This document shows positions 39,441-48,787 of a stretch of DNA of 64,000 nucleotides, piece by piece (position 1 is the stretch's first letter; each line of letters starts with the position of its first letter). The notes beneath the pieces were generated by a model, which ran no database searches, had not been told where the DNA came from, and was given only the letters and a program-made list of their open reading frames with translations. The DNA is taken from the NCBI GenBank assembly GCA_945860565.1, contig CAMAQS010000004.1, positions 1,594 through 65,593 on the forward strand, written 5' to 3'. This DNA comes from Chitinophaga pinensis (GTDB taxonomy: Bacteria > Bacteroidota > Bacteroidia > NS11-12g > UBA955). The translations under genes were made by a program, and so were the position numbers.

Positions 39441-42242
39441 TTATTTTTCAGGTGCAACTTCATCCGCATCTTTATCTTTGGCAGATTTTGCTTTGGTTTT
39501 TGGAGCTCTAGGAGGTTTTGGAGCTTTTGGTTTTTTGATGGCTTTTTTAGGAATTAAAATAAGCTCTTTATCTGTAGCATAAGAAGTTGTTTTAAAGTAT
39601 TTCTGTAAAACTGATTTACCCAATATTGGGGATTCAACTTTATCAGAGATGCTAAATTGCACTCCTTTTACTGGATAATCGCCAATCATCATGTCTTCAA
39701 CCACAAATTTATTGCTTGGTAATTTCACTTTACCCACTTTGAATTTATCTCCTTCAACAAAGTCTTTTTTAGTGATGATTTTTGCTTGGAACCATTGTGC
39801 AGCAATATCTGGAGGTACCATATTTGTTTTAGCGTTAAAATCATACTGAAACAATTGTGGTTCTTTGCCATTTATCATTGCTGGTATGGATTTTTTGTCG
39901 CTACCACTTAACTGAACGCGGATTGCATTTTCTAAGTCAACCGATTCTGCAGACGGCGAATCCCCATTTTTACCTTTGGTGATTTTGGCCGTTGAATCCA
40001 AAGTAGAAGATCCTGCATTGGTGTTGTTAATGTCTACATCTTGGTTCACTTTTACCCTTGATTTTTGTCCACCAAACTCAAAACGGACAGAGGTTCTTCT
40101 GTTTTGTTGGTGTTGAAACTCGTCACAAGGCACAAAAGGTTTTCCTTCAAGGGATACAATTTCCGACGCAGAATATTTGCTATAATAACTGCGTACTACA
40201 TTTCCTTTGTCGTCTTTAATTACCACCATTTTACGCGTGGTATCTCTTCGGTATGGGGTGTAACCGGTTTTTTCTGCCTCTTCGCATTTACAGTCATTGA
40301 TTAATTCAGTTTCACCAAATCCAACCGCTTTAATACGAGAAGAATCGATGTTCCAACGAGACATTAAATATTTTTTTGCATTGTCAGCACGACGTTGAGC
40401 CAATTTGGTATTGTAATCAACAGAAGCCCTACAATCTGTGTGTGATCCTAACTCAGCGACCAATCGTGGGTAACGAATCATTACATCTTGAGCAAAAGTG
40501 TCTAGGATTTTTGCGGCATCAGGACGGATATTTGCGGAGTCTAAATCGTAGAAAATAGGCAATGCATAGATTTTATCCAATGGGTTAACCAAGCAGAAAT
40601 CTTGCTCTAATTCTGTAGAAAAGCGAATTCCATGAGTGGTACGTGTAACTGGAGGAATGTCGAAATAGTATAATTCTGGGTATTTCGCCACCAATTCATA
40701 ATTGGTTTTAGGATTAAGTTTGGCAGAATATTCTCCGTTGCTGTTGGTTTTTAAAACCAAAACAGAGGTGTCTTTATCGTTAGAAAGAACAACAGTGGCG
40801 TTTTCCAATGGTTTTTTGGTGTTACAATCTGTAACAATACCACGAATGGTAATAACCAAAGGCACTATGTCGAATGCATAGATATCGTCGTCGTTTTTCT
40901 TGTCGCCTCTATTGGAAGTGAAAAATCCTTTATTGGGGTTTTTTTCTGAAAAGGTAATGGCGAAGTCGTCACCGCCGCTATTTAATGGTTCTCTTAAATT
41001 CTCTAGATCTCTCCATTTGGTGATGTCTTCGGTCATTTCAGCGGCGAACATGTCCAATCCACCTAAACCTGGCCAATAGTCTGAACTAAAATAGATGCGT
41101 TTGTCGTGTTTATTGAAATAAGGGAAGTATTCATTTCCTTTAGAGTTGATAGAAGGACCCAAATTTACAGGATTTCCCCATGTTCTTGAGCGTTTACTGT
41201 AGGTAACAACCCAGATATCAAATCCCCCAAAACCACCTTCACGGTCTGAAGAGAAGAACAACAATTTGTCTTCATCACCCAACGCAGGGTGACCATAGCT
41301 GTGTCCAGTGTCTTTTTTACAGATGTCTAAAACATCGCCAATAATCCAATCAGGACCTTGTTTTTTGTATTCATAGATGGCGCATTTTTCTGATTTTCCA
41401 TCAGATCCACCGCACTGTGTGACATACATTTGAGAATAGCGGTCGTTGAAAGTAACGCCACCTTCATTGTATTTGGTGCTATTTTTGGGTGAATATTTTG
41501 GTTTTTCCCATTTAACAACCTCTGTGGCTGCGGCTGGGGCTGCTTTTCCTTTTTTAGGTTTTACTACTTTGCCTTTGGTTGCTTTCCCTTCAATAAACCA
41601 GATATCGGACCACATTTCTAAGGTTCCTTCATAGACTCTTTTGCTAAATCCACCTTCTCTATCTGAAGCGAAAAATAGAACATCGTCTTTTTTGGAAGCA
41701 ATCATTGGAGCCCAATCGTTGGCACGTGTATTGGCAACTTTAAAGTTTTCTACTTTAAACAAGGAGCTATCTGGCGTCCATTGAATAGCCATTTCGCAAC
41801 CTATCATTTTTTGCATTACGGCGCTATCTCCTGGAACTTTTTCTAGATAATTTTCATAAGCAGAAACGGCATCACGGTACATTTCCAACTTTTTCATCAT
41901 GTTGGCTCTCATAAGCAATGCTTGGGTATTGTTGGGATCCGTTTTTAATACTCTTTCATAGGTTTTTTTAGCCTTTGTATAGTTATTGTTTAATCGATAA
42001 GCCTCTGCAGACAGCATTAAGGCTTTCTCTTTTATCTTTTTGTCTGACTCACTTCGAGAAACATTTTCAAATGCCACAGCGGCTTGACCAAAATAGCCTT
42101 GATCAAATAATCTTTGAGCGTCAGCGAATTTTGGAGCGCAACCAGTATTTACAAGTGAAATAATGATACTTAAACTGGAAAAGAAAAAGAATTTCCTTAG
42201 GAGTGATGTGTATTTTGGGTTACTTGGGGTATGCATCTTCAC
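39441..42242 (-). CDS. OmpA-family protein: TPR repeats, TolB-like beta-propeller repeats, CarboxypepD_reg-like domain, OmpA_C domain and a 200-aa extension
   Basis: 933 aa. OmpA_C signature (GSHTDCRAS...LAQRRADNAKKYL...NRRTSVRFEF), an N-terminal TPR-like region and repeated FFSSDR/YFSSD PD40-like motifs. Confidence 0.8.
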   Translation of the reverse strand: MKMHTPSNPKYTSLLRKFFFFSSLSIIISLVNTGCAPKFADAQRLFDQGYFGQAAVAFENVSRSESDKKIKEKALMLSAEAYRLNNNYTKAKKTYERVLKTDPNNTQALLMRANMMKKLEMYRDAVSAYENYLEKVPGDSAVMQKMIGCEMAIQWTPDSSLFKVENFKVANTRANDWAPMIASKKDDVLFFASDREGGFSKRVYEGTLEMWSDIWFIEGKATKGKVVKPKKGKAAPAAATEVVKWEKPKYSPKNSTKYNEGGVTFNDRYSQMYVTQCGGSDGKSEKCAIYEYKKQGPDWIIGDVLDICKKDTGHSYGHPALGDEDKLLFFSSDREGGFGGFDIWVVTYSKRSRTWGNPVNLGPSINSKGNEYFPYFNKHDKRIYFSSDYWPGLGGLDMFAAEMTEDITKWRDLENLREPLNSGGDDFAITFSEKNPNKGFFTSNRGDKKNDDDIYAFDIVPLVITIRGIVTDCNTKKPLENATVVLSNDKDTSVLVLKTNSNGEYSAKLNPKTNYELVAKYPELYYFDIPPVTRTTHGIRFSTELEQDFCLVNPLDKIYALPIFYDLDSANIRPDAAKILDTFAQDVMIRYPRLVAELGSHTDCRASVDYNTKLAQRRADNAKKYLMSRWNIDSSRIKAVGFGETELINDCKCEEAEKTGYTPYRRDTTRKMVVIKDDKGNVVRSYYSKYSASEIVSLEGKPFVPCDEFQHQQNRRTSVRFEFGGQKSRVKVNQDVDINNTNAGSSTLDSTAKITKGKNGDSPSAESVDLENAIRVQLSGSDKKSIPAMINGKEPQLFQYDFNAKTNMVPPDIAAQWFQAKIITKKDFVEGDKFKVGKVKLPSNKFVVEDMMIGDYPVKGVQFSISDKVESPILGKSVLQKYFKTTSYATDKELILIPKKAIKKPKAPKPPRAPKTKAKSAKDKDADEVAPEK

Positions 42243-42329
42243 AATTTGTCCGAATTAAAACGCTAATTAATGGATTCTTCTCGAAAATTCAAAGGAATTC
42301 ATCCATTTTCTTGCATAAAACGGGATAAA

Positions 42330-42641
42330 TTAATGCTGAACTTTGATTCGTTTTGTGGATTGGCTGTCCTTATGGGTAATTCTAAGGAGATAAATACCAT
42401 CTGGCAAATCAGCCACATTTACGGTAATTGAGTTCATACCACTGTTTTGTCTTACACTCGAAGGATTCATCTTACTCCCTAACACTGAATATATTTCCAC
42501 ACTCACAAAAGACAAGTCAACTTGATCAAACGTAATGCTAAACTGAGTAGATGCAGGATTTGGCAACACAGTATATTTTGGCACATCCGCACCTACACAC
42601 CATGAGTAAAATAAAAATCCGATCAAAACTAAATAACGCAT
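42330..42641 (-). CDS. T9SS type A sorting (C-terminal) domain protein with essentially no cargo
   Basis: 103 aa. A signal peptide is followed almost at once by VLPNPAS...VEIYSVLG...LPDGIYLLRI...KVQH, the Por secretion tail pattern. Confidence 0.7.
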   Translation of the reverse strand: MRYLVLIGFLFYSWCVGADVPKYTVLPNPASTQFSITFDQVDLSFVSVEIYSVLGSKMNPSSVRQNSGMNSITVNVADLPDGIYLLRITHKDSQSTKRIKVQH

Positions 42642-42689
42642 ACCAAACCTTAGCCAAATTTCGTGCCAAAGGGTGTTTATTGCAAGTAT

Positions 42690-45134
42690 TTAATTCAGGA
42701 TTCGACGAATCTTTATTTTTGCGGCATTATCTCCATTGTAGGTTTCAACCCATTTTAACAATTCCAATTTCTTATCGGATTGTGCCATATATGCTTTTAA
42801 CACGCCAATTGCAGGCGTATTTAAACGGGAATTGAAATTGGTTGCCCCTTCAAATAAATTGTGCGCAAAAGATTCATTTAAGAAGTTTTTTCTTTGCAAG
42901 GCTTGCATCGCCAGTGTGCGGGTTCTGAACTCGTACAAAGGACCGGCCATTGCTGTTAATGAACCAATCATTGACGGTCTCATGTCATCATAAATTTCGC
43001 TGCCTAATTCAAAATAACGCACTCTGATGTTGTGGGTGTGTCCATCGGTGCCTTTGATTTGATCCATCATAAAATTTTTACGGTTTGCAAACAATGGATG
43101 GTTCCACATGCGTACCAATGCCGCTTCCATTACTTCGTAACTTGAGTCGGTAAGAAACTTTTCGAAGTAGGGTTGTGTGCCTGGAACCAAAGGTGCTTTT
43201 TGGACAAAGGCCATACGCACTGCCTTGTCACTGTTTGATGCTATGGATTTTATTTGGATTGATGTTAACTGTTTGAATTCTAGCAACTGAGAGGCAATTT
43301 CTGCTTTAATGGCAAAAAAGGTCTCTTTTTCCCATGCTTTTTTAAGTGCATTGTAACGTTTGGTCAAAAAAGCAGAATCAGAAATCATGCTATTTTTAAG
43401 GGCAATGAGAGCGTCATAACGGTCCAACATAAATTCCGACTTCTCTAATTGCAAAAAATATTCTTCTGTTGATTTGCGATAAACCACATCTTTTAAAATA
43501 AAACTGCCCTCATCGAACAAAACAAAGGATACGGGTTTGGAAATGGCAAATGTGAATTGGTGATTCTGTTTGTTGATTTCTATCTTTTTTCGAAGGATCT
43601 CACCGTCTGCAAAATAGATGGCAATGTCTACAGGGCAGCGGAAAGATTTTACTACTTGATCTTGTTTCTGCGTTTGTTCTACAAATAGGGTCAAATCTGT
43701 TGCATTAATTTTATGGCTCACTGTAAATTGAGGCTCGCCTCCACGGTGAATCCATTGATCAAAAAACCAGTCCATGTTAATGCCAGTCGCATCCACGATG
43801 GCTTTTTGAAGATCCCAAGTTTCTACCGTTTGATACTCGTATTTTTTCAAATAGAGTTGAATGCTTCTCCTAAAATTGTCTCTGCCCAATTGATGTTGCA
43901 ACATATATAAAACAGAGGCTCCTTTTGGATAATGCCTAGAGCTGCCAGCGGCACTGTGTCTAACGGGCAAAGAATTGGCTTTTCCGGCGTCCAAGGCTCC
44001 GTTCATGTTGTTTCTAAAATACCAAAATTTATGGTCTGGGGTAAAAAGTTTCCCTTCAACCAATCCAGGATAAAAGGTAGCAAAACTTTCTTGTAACCAT
44101 TGTTCTCCATCGTGACGGCCAGTAATTAAATCGCCAAACCATTGGTGTGTTGCTTCATGGGCATTTACGCTTATGTAGTTTCTGTCGTTAAACCCTTTGG
44201 CATCCACCCAAAAGAAGTCACCAAAAACCGTTGCCGAAGTATTTTCCATGGCTCCATAAAGGAAATCTTGTACCATAACTTGAGAATAGGTTCCCCATGG
44301 ATATGGATGTCCAATTTCTTCAGCCAAAAAGTCTAAGATTTCTTCGCTGTATTTTGATGTGGGTTCAACCCGCTCAGGATGTTCTGGGTAATACCAAAAT
44401 TGATGGGGTATGCCATTTTTACTTACTGTTTGTTTAACGGCATATTTGTCAATTGCAAGCATGAGTAAATAGCCAGCATGTGGTTTCGACATTTTATAAT
44501 GCCAAGTTTTAGTTTTGTTTTTATTTGTTTTTAGTTTAAACAACTCGCCATTACTCAACACTTTGTACTCTTCATCAAAGGTCACCACGGTTTCAGTTAT
44601 GAATTTGTCGTGGCGGCTGTCGATCATAGGAATCCAGTGGCGGTTGTCGATGCCTTGACCTTGTGTCCAAATTTGACGTCTACTCATGTGTGCTGGTTCA
44701 GGAATTTGGTTGAGGTTCCAGCCAATAAAATAAATCCCTCTTTTTGGGTGAGCGATATAGGTGATTCTAATTTTATGTGTTTTTTGAAAATCGTTTTTTA
44801 GGGATGTAGAAACAATTAATCCTTCTGGATTTGTGCGAAAAGGAATGGGTTTTTCGTCCAGCCAAACGCTTTCAACCTGAATTTCTGGTGCATCGAAGAA
44901 AATGGTGTCGATATTGTCTTGCAAAGAAGAAAAAGTATGTGTGACATCTCCAATAACTTCATTTTTTTGGGGGATGAAAGACACATTTACAATCATGTGG
45001 GTAACATCTATGTTTCGGTTGCGTTCGTGTCCACCCGCATCCAAATGATAACAACTGGTTTCGGGAAACTGTGAATAACAGGTAGTTGCGATTAAAAACG
45101 AACAAAATAGGCTCCAAAATTGATGTTTATTCAT
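42690..45134 (-). CDS. M1-family zinc metallopeptidase (aminopeptidase N-like), secreted
   Basis: Contains a GAMEN motif and HEATHQWFGD...18 residues...E (WLQESFA). Has a signal peptide. 814 aa. Confidence 0.9.
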   Translation of the reverse strand: MNKHQFWSLFCSFLIATTCYSQFPETSCYHLDAGGHERNRNIDVTHMIVNVSFIPQKNEVIGDVTHTFSSLQDNIDTIFFDAPEIQVESVWLDEKPIPFRTNPEGLIVSTSLKNDFQKTHKIRITYIAHPKRGIYFIGWNLNQIPEPAHMSRRQIWTQGQGIDNRHWIPMIDSRHDKFITETVVTFDEEYKVLSNGELFKLKTNKNKTKTWHYKMSKPHAGYLLMLAIDKYAVKQTVSKNGIPHQFWYYPEHPERVEPTSKYSEEILDFLAEEIGHPYPWGTYSQVMVQDFLYGAMENTSATVFGDFFWVDAKGFNDRNYISVNAHEATHQWFGDLITGRHDGEQWLQESFATFYPGLVEGKLFTPDHKFWYFRNNMNGALDAGKANSLPVRHSAAGSSRHYPKGASVLYMLQHQLGRDNFRRSIQLYLKKYEYQTVETWDLQKAIVDATGINMDWFFDQWIHRGGEPQFTVSHKINATDLTLFVEQTQKQDQVVKSFRCPVDIAIYFADGEILRKKIEINKQNHQFTFAISKPVSFVLFDEGSFILKDVVYRKSTEEYFLQLEKSEFMLDRYDALIALKNSMISDSAFLTKRYNALKKAWEKETFFAIKAEIASQLLEFKQLTSIQIKSIASNSDKAVRMAFVQKAPLVPGTQPYFEKFLTDSSYEVMEAALVRMWNHPLFANRKNFMMDQIKGTDGHTHNIRVRYFELGSEIYDDMRPSMIGSLTAMAGPLYEFRTRTLAMQALQRKNFLNESFAHNLFEGATNFNSRLNTPAIGVLKAYMAQSDKKLELLKWVETYNGDNAAKIKIRRILN

Positions 45135-45244
45135 GTTACGAAAATAGGTACTTTAAGGGATTGAGAAAAAAACTTATAAAAAATTTGCAGAATATCAAAC
45201 AAAATTTTATTTTTGCACTCCCAATCTGAAAAGAAAAGGAAAAC

Positions 45245-45318
45245 GGTTTGGTAGTTCAGCTGGTTAGAATACATGCCTGTCACGCATGGGGTCGCGGGTT
45301 CGAGTCCCGTCCAGACCG
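45245..45318 (+). tRNA. tRNA-Asp (anticodon GTC)
   Basis: Folded by hand into a cloverleaf: acceptor GGTTTGG/CCAGACC, anticodon arm CATGC-CTGTCAC-GCATG, T arm GCGGG-TTCGAGT-CCCGT. No encoded CCA. Confidence 0.9.
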
Positions 45319-45330
45319 CAAGAAATTTAA

Positions 45331-45360
45331 AAAGCCTCGCATTCGCGGGGCTTTTTTTTG
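45331..45360 (+). terminator. rho-independent terminator after the tRNA
   Basis: Hairpin agcctcgc-attc-gcggggct followed by a T8 run. Confidence 0.7.
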
Positions 45361-45463
45361 TTAGGAGTAATATGGCGAAATGAATTCGCCCGAACTTTGG
45401 TTTATACGATCTGATGTCGACCACTTAGAATTTTCGATCAAATCAAATACATTTGAAATAATT

Positions 45464-46486
45464 ATGCATGCAGGAACCAATTACTCTTTAAAGGAAGTGA
45501 TCCTTTGGACAAGAAGGGATATTTATACCATCTTTATTTTATCATTCATTCCAACCGCATTGTATGTCTTTTTAGATTGGCATTGGTTGGCATTGCCTTG
45601 GCTTCCTATTGCGTTACTGGGCACTGCTGTGGCATTTGTAGTGGGTTTTAAGAATAACGCTTCATACGATAGAACCTGGGAGGCACGCAAAATATATGGT
45701 GGCATTGTGAATTCAAGTAGGGTTTGGGGTTTAATGGTGAAAGATTATGTAACCAACAAACACAGTCAGAAACAACACAGTCAAGAAGAATTAAATCAAA
45801 TTCACAAAGAGTTATACAATCGTCATTTTGCTTGGTTAACCGCGCTTCGTTACCAACTCCGTGAAAAGAGAAATTGGGAATCAATTTATAAGGCACACAA
45901 TCAAGAGTATAAAGACCAGTGGTTTACAATTGATGAACATAAAATCCCATTGACGGAGGCATTAAAGTATTATTTGAGCGAAGAAGAATTGCAGTTAATT
46001 CTTTCGAAATCGAACAAAGCAGCACAGCTTATTTCAATCCAGTCTAAAAGACTACGTGAATTGTTGGAATTGGGACTCATTGAAGATTTCCGACACATGG
46101 AGATGAAAAAAGTTTTGGCGGAATTTTTAAACAATCAGGGTGCAGCAGAACGAATTAAAAACTTCCCGTATCCCAGGCAATACGCTACTTTAAATCTGTG
46201 GTTTGTTAAATTATTTGTATTGTTATTGCCACTTGGAATGTTGTCTGAGTTTGACAAATTAGGGGGCAATTTTGTATGGTTTACCGTGCCATTCAGTGTA
46301 ATGTCTGGATGGGTTTTTACAACAATGGAAAAAATTGGCGAAGCATCTGAGAATCCGTTTGAAGGCAGCGCCAACGACGTACCTATTACAAGTATGAGTA
46401 GAATGATAGAAATTGATTTAAAAGAAATGTTGCATGAAACAGACATTCCTGAAGCAATAAAGCCAAAGAATAACATTATAAATTAA
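45464..46486 (+). CDS. bestrophin-family (UPF0187/YneE-like) ion channel
   Basis: About 340 aa with the N-terminal TM pair and the conserved ENPFE-type segment (SENPFEGSANDVP). Confidence 0.75.
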   Translation: MHAGTNYSLKEVILWTRRDIYTIFILSFIPTALYVFLDWHWLALPWLPIALLGTAVAFVVGFKNNASYDRTWEARKIYGGIVNSSRVWGLMVKDYVTNKHSQKQHSQEELNQIHKELYNRHFAWLTALRYQLREKRNWESIYKAHNQEYKDQWFTIDEHKIPLTEALKYYLSEEELQLILSKSNKAAQLISIQSKRLRELLELGLIEDFRHMEMKKVLAEFLNNQGAAERIKNFPYPRQYATLNLWFVKLFVLLLPLGMLSEFDKLGGNFVWFTVPFSVMSGWVFTTMEKIGEASENPFEGSANDVPITSMSRMIEIDLKEMLHETDIPEAIKPKNNIIN

Positions 46487-46690
46487 ACTCGAAATATACC
46501 TGAGAAAATCTTTGGGACCCAAAATCTGTTTGAAATAAAGCGTTTAACGTTATACATTTCGGTTGCGTATTGTGTAAATATATCATACTTTGCGATTTAC
46601 AGAATTATTTAGGTTTTAGAACCTTATGACTAAATCCAGATGCATATTTCCAGTTAAACTTTGGCTAAATTGATTCGTTTAATTAAGCTA

Positions 46691-47140
46691 TTAGCGCTTA
46701 AAATCTAGTTTATAGCTAATATTTACATCTTCTGTTTCCATTAAACCATCCAACGTTAAATTTTGAAAACCGAGATGTGAAATAATATAGGCTTGAATTT
46801 GTTCATTTGTTTCAGGGTCTAGAACCAATATTTTACCCGGCACTTGATAAAAATTAAATGTATCTTTTGTGCTGTTTGTTGAATTGTCCGAGCCAATAAC
46901 CAATGTGCCATTTTGAAAAAATGAAAAAATAGTTTCGCCCCTATCAAAATGAACAGAATTGGCGTAAAGAATAGAGTCAGTACTGGTTTCAGAGACAATG
47001 GTAGAGTTTGTAACAAGGTGCCATTTACCATTAATAGTAGGGTCCTTTGGCGTTAGTACTTTTTCTTCCTTTTGACAGGAGAATAATGTTCCCATCGCTA
47101 TAGATAGGATAAAGAGTTTTAAGATATTTGAAGTATTCAT
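46691..47140 (-). CDS. lipocalin-like lipoprotein, paralog A
   Basis: Signal peptide with lipobox Cys (LFSC) and the GKWH motif. Alignable with the three genes upstream. Confidence 0.6.
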   Translation of the reverse strand: MNTSNILKLFILSIAMGTLFSCQKEEKVLTPKDPTINGKWHLVTNSTIVSETSTDSILYANSVHFDRGETIFSFFQNGTLVIGSDNSTNSTKDTFNFYQVPGKILVLDPETNEQIQAYIISHLGFQNLTLDGLMETEDVNISYKLDFKR

Positions 47141-47270
47141 AATGCAAAATTATAAATCCCTGTTAGGCGTCCTTTGCGATTTTAAAGAACTGTAAATTAA
47201 TTATTTGCAATTATTGCAACTATATAAATAATTTGACATAGGAATATTGGAGAGCAATCCGACATCCCCC

Positions 47271-47308
47271 AAAAAAAAGAGACCATTTACTTTGCAGCAA
47301 ACGGTCTT
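47271..47308 (-). terminator. rho-independent terminator of paralog B
   Basis: agaccattt / aaacggtct stem with 1 mismatch. On the minus strand it is followed by a T8 run. Confidence 0.65.
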
Positions 47309-47349
47309 TTTGTGTTTTGTAATGTCTTTTGCAATGAATTTAACAAATC

Positions 47350-47787
47350 TTAACGTTCCATAAATCTAGAATGTTTTTCTGTGAAGTCATCTCCTGAATA
47401 TTTATAATAGTGGGTTATTACCATTTCTGTAGATGTTAATTTATTTATTTCGGTTTCAAGATATCCCCCATCAACGTAAATATTTAGAGTCTTATTTGTA
47501 TTTTCATAATAAAACAAGCTACTGTCTCCATCACCTTCAAAAAATCCTTTTCCATTTTCTAAAAAATTCCATACCGATTCACCCCTCTGATAAACTTCAT
47601 ATTCAATGGTGTCTATAACAGTTGAATTGGAATCCAAACGAACGGTTAGGTCTAATTTTATATGCCATTTGCCTAGAAAAAGTTTCTGTGTTTCAGCGGT
47701 TTTAGTTTCTTCTTTTTTACAAGAAGTGGTGAAAAGGGTTAAACTTATGAAAGTCAAAAATAGGAGTGATAAAAATTTAGTTTTCAT
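47350..47787 (-). CDS. lipocalin-like lipoprotein, paralog B
   Basis: Lipobox TTSC and GKWH motif. The N-terminus MKTKFLSLLF is shared with paralog C. Confidence 0.6.
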   Translation of the reverse strand: MKTKFLSLLFLTFISLTLFTTSCKKEETKTAETQKLFLGKWHIKLDLTVRLDSNSTVIDTIEYEVYQRGESVWNFLENGKGFFEGDGDSSLFYYENTNKTLNIYVDGGYLETEINKLTSTEMVITHYYKYSGDDFTEKHSRFMER

Positions 47788-47930
47788 TGTTTTAATTAAT
47801 TTTAATACAAGTATACTAAAACAAAGAGATTAAAGTAACATAATAACTAAATCAAGAAAATTCTGTTAAATCCTACTCTATTAACAATATAGGTTTTTAA
47901 TAAAAGTTTGGAATTTAAAATCATCCCCCC

Positions 47931-47968
47931 AAAAAAAGAGACCATTTACACTAACGTAAATGGTCTCT
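47931..47968 (-). terminator. rho-independent terminator of paralog C
   Basis: Perfect 12-bp stem agagaccattta / taaatggtctct. A T7 run follows on the minus strand. Confidence 0.7.
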
Positions 47969-47990
47969 TAGATATGAATAAAGCCAATAA

Positions 47991-48428
47991 TTATCGTTTT
48001 GCCGAAAAGGACATTTTTTCGTAAGCGCCATTGTCTTCTGTAAATACAGCATAAAAGTTCAGGTCGGTACTCGTGAGATTTTGGATGGTAAATTCCATTG
48101 GTTCGAACATATCAGCGACATCAGAGACCGTCAACTTCACACCGGTTAGAGTGTAATAAGAAGTGTCTTTTTCACCATCTTCATCGGTATCAATTACCAT
48201 CCCATTTTCTCTAAAGTCTAGAACCATTTCACCGATTGCGTAATTAGTAGTATCTCCGCCTATGGCATTTTGTAATGAATCGTACGAAGTGTAAGTTTCA
48301 TTCATTACATTCCATTTTCCAATAATAGTGGCATTGGAATTGGCCGTATCTTCTTTTTTACACGAAATAGTGAAAACGGCTAAACTTGTTGCAGCGATAA
48401 ATAAGAGGGATAAAAATTTAGTTTTCAT
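47991..48428 (-). CDS. lipocalin-like lipoprotein, paralog C
   Basis: Lipobox TISC, GKWN motif and a C-terminal SAKR shared with paralog D. Confidence 0.6.
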   Translation of the reverse strand: MKTKFLSLLFIAATSLAVFTISCKKEDTANSNATIIGKWNVMNETYTSYDSLQNAIGGDTTNYAIGEMVLDFRENGMVIDTDEDGEKDTSYYTLTGVKLTVSDVADMFEPMEFTIQNLTSTDLNFYAVFTEDNGAYEKMSFSAKR

Positions 48429-48734
48429 TGGTTAAATTAAATTGAATGTTATTTTAATGCAATCAAATGAAAAAATATCATAATTACAACTTGGTGATAG
48501 TTAATTTTGAAATATATTCCAAACAGAAATATATAGCAATCGTTTTTATTTTAGAATTAAACGTTATGTTAATTTACGCAAGCCATTTGACTGCTATTGT
48601 TGGATATTTAAGCCGTGATTAATTATTTATTTGGCAAGAGAAAGGCATTCTCATAACGAGACATAGGATTAAGAGTTTGAAATTTCATGTATGTCCAATA
48701 CTGATTTCCGCATCTTAAAAAATTCAAAAGGCAT

Positions 48735-48767
48735 AAAAAAGACCTTCAGTTTTCACAAAAGGTCTTT
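48735..48767 (-). terminator. rho-independent terminator of paralog D
   Basis: Perfect 9-bp stem aaagacctt / aaggtcttt. A T6 run follows on the minus strand. Confidence 0.6.
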
Positions 48768-48787
48768 ATGTGATTGATATATAAAAT

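Noticed and set aside
39355-39582. 75-aa plus-strand ORF
   Set aside because: It spans the kdsA terminator hairpin and then reads antisense through the Lys/Pro-rich tail of the OmpA-family gene.
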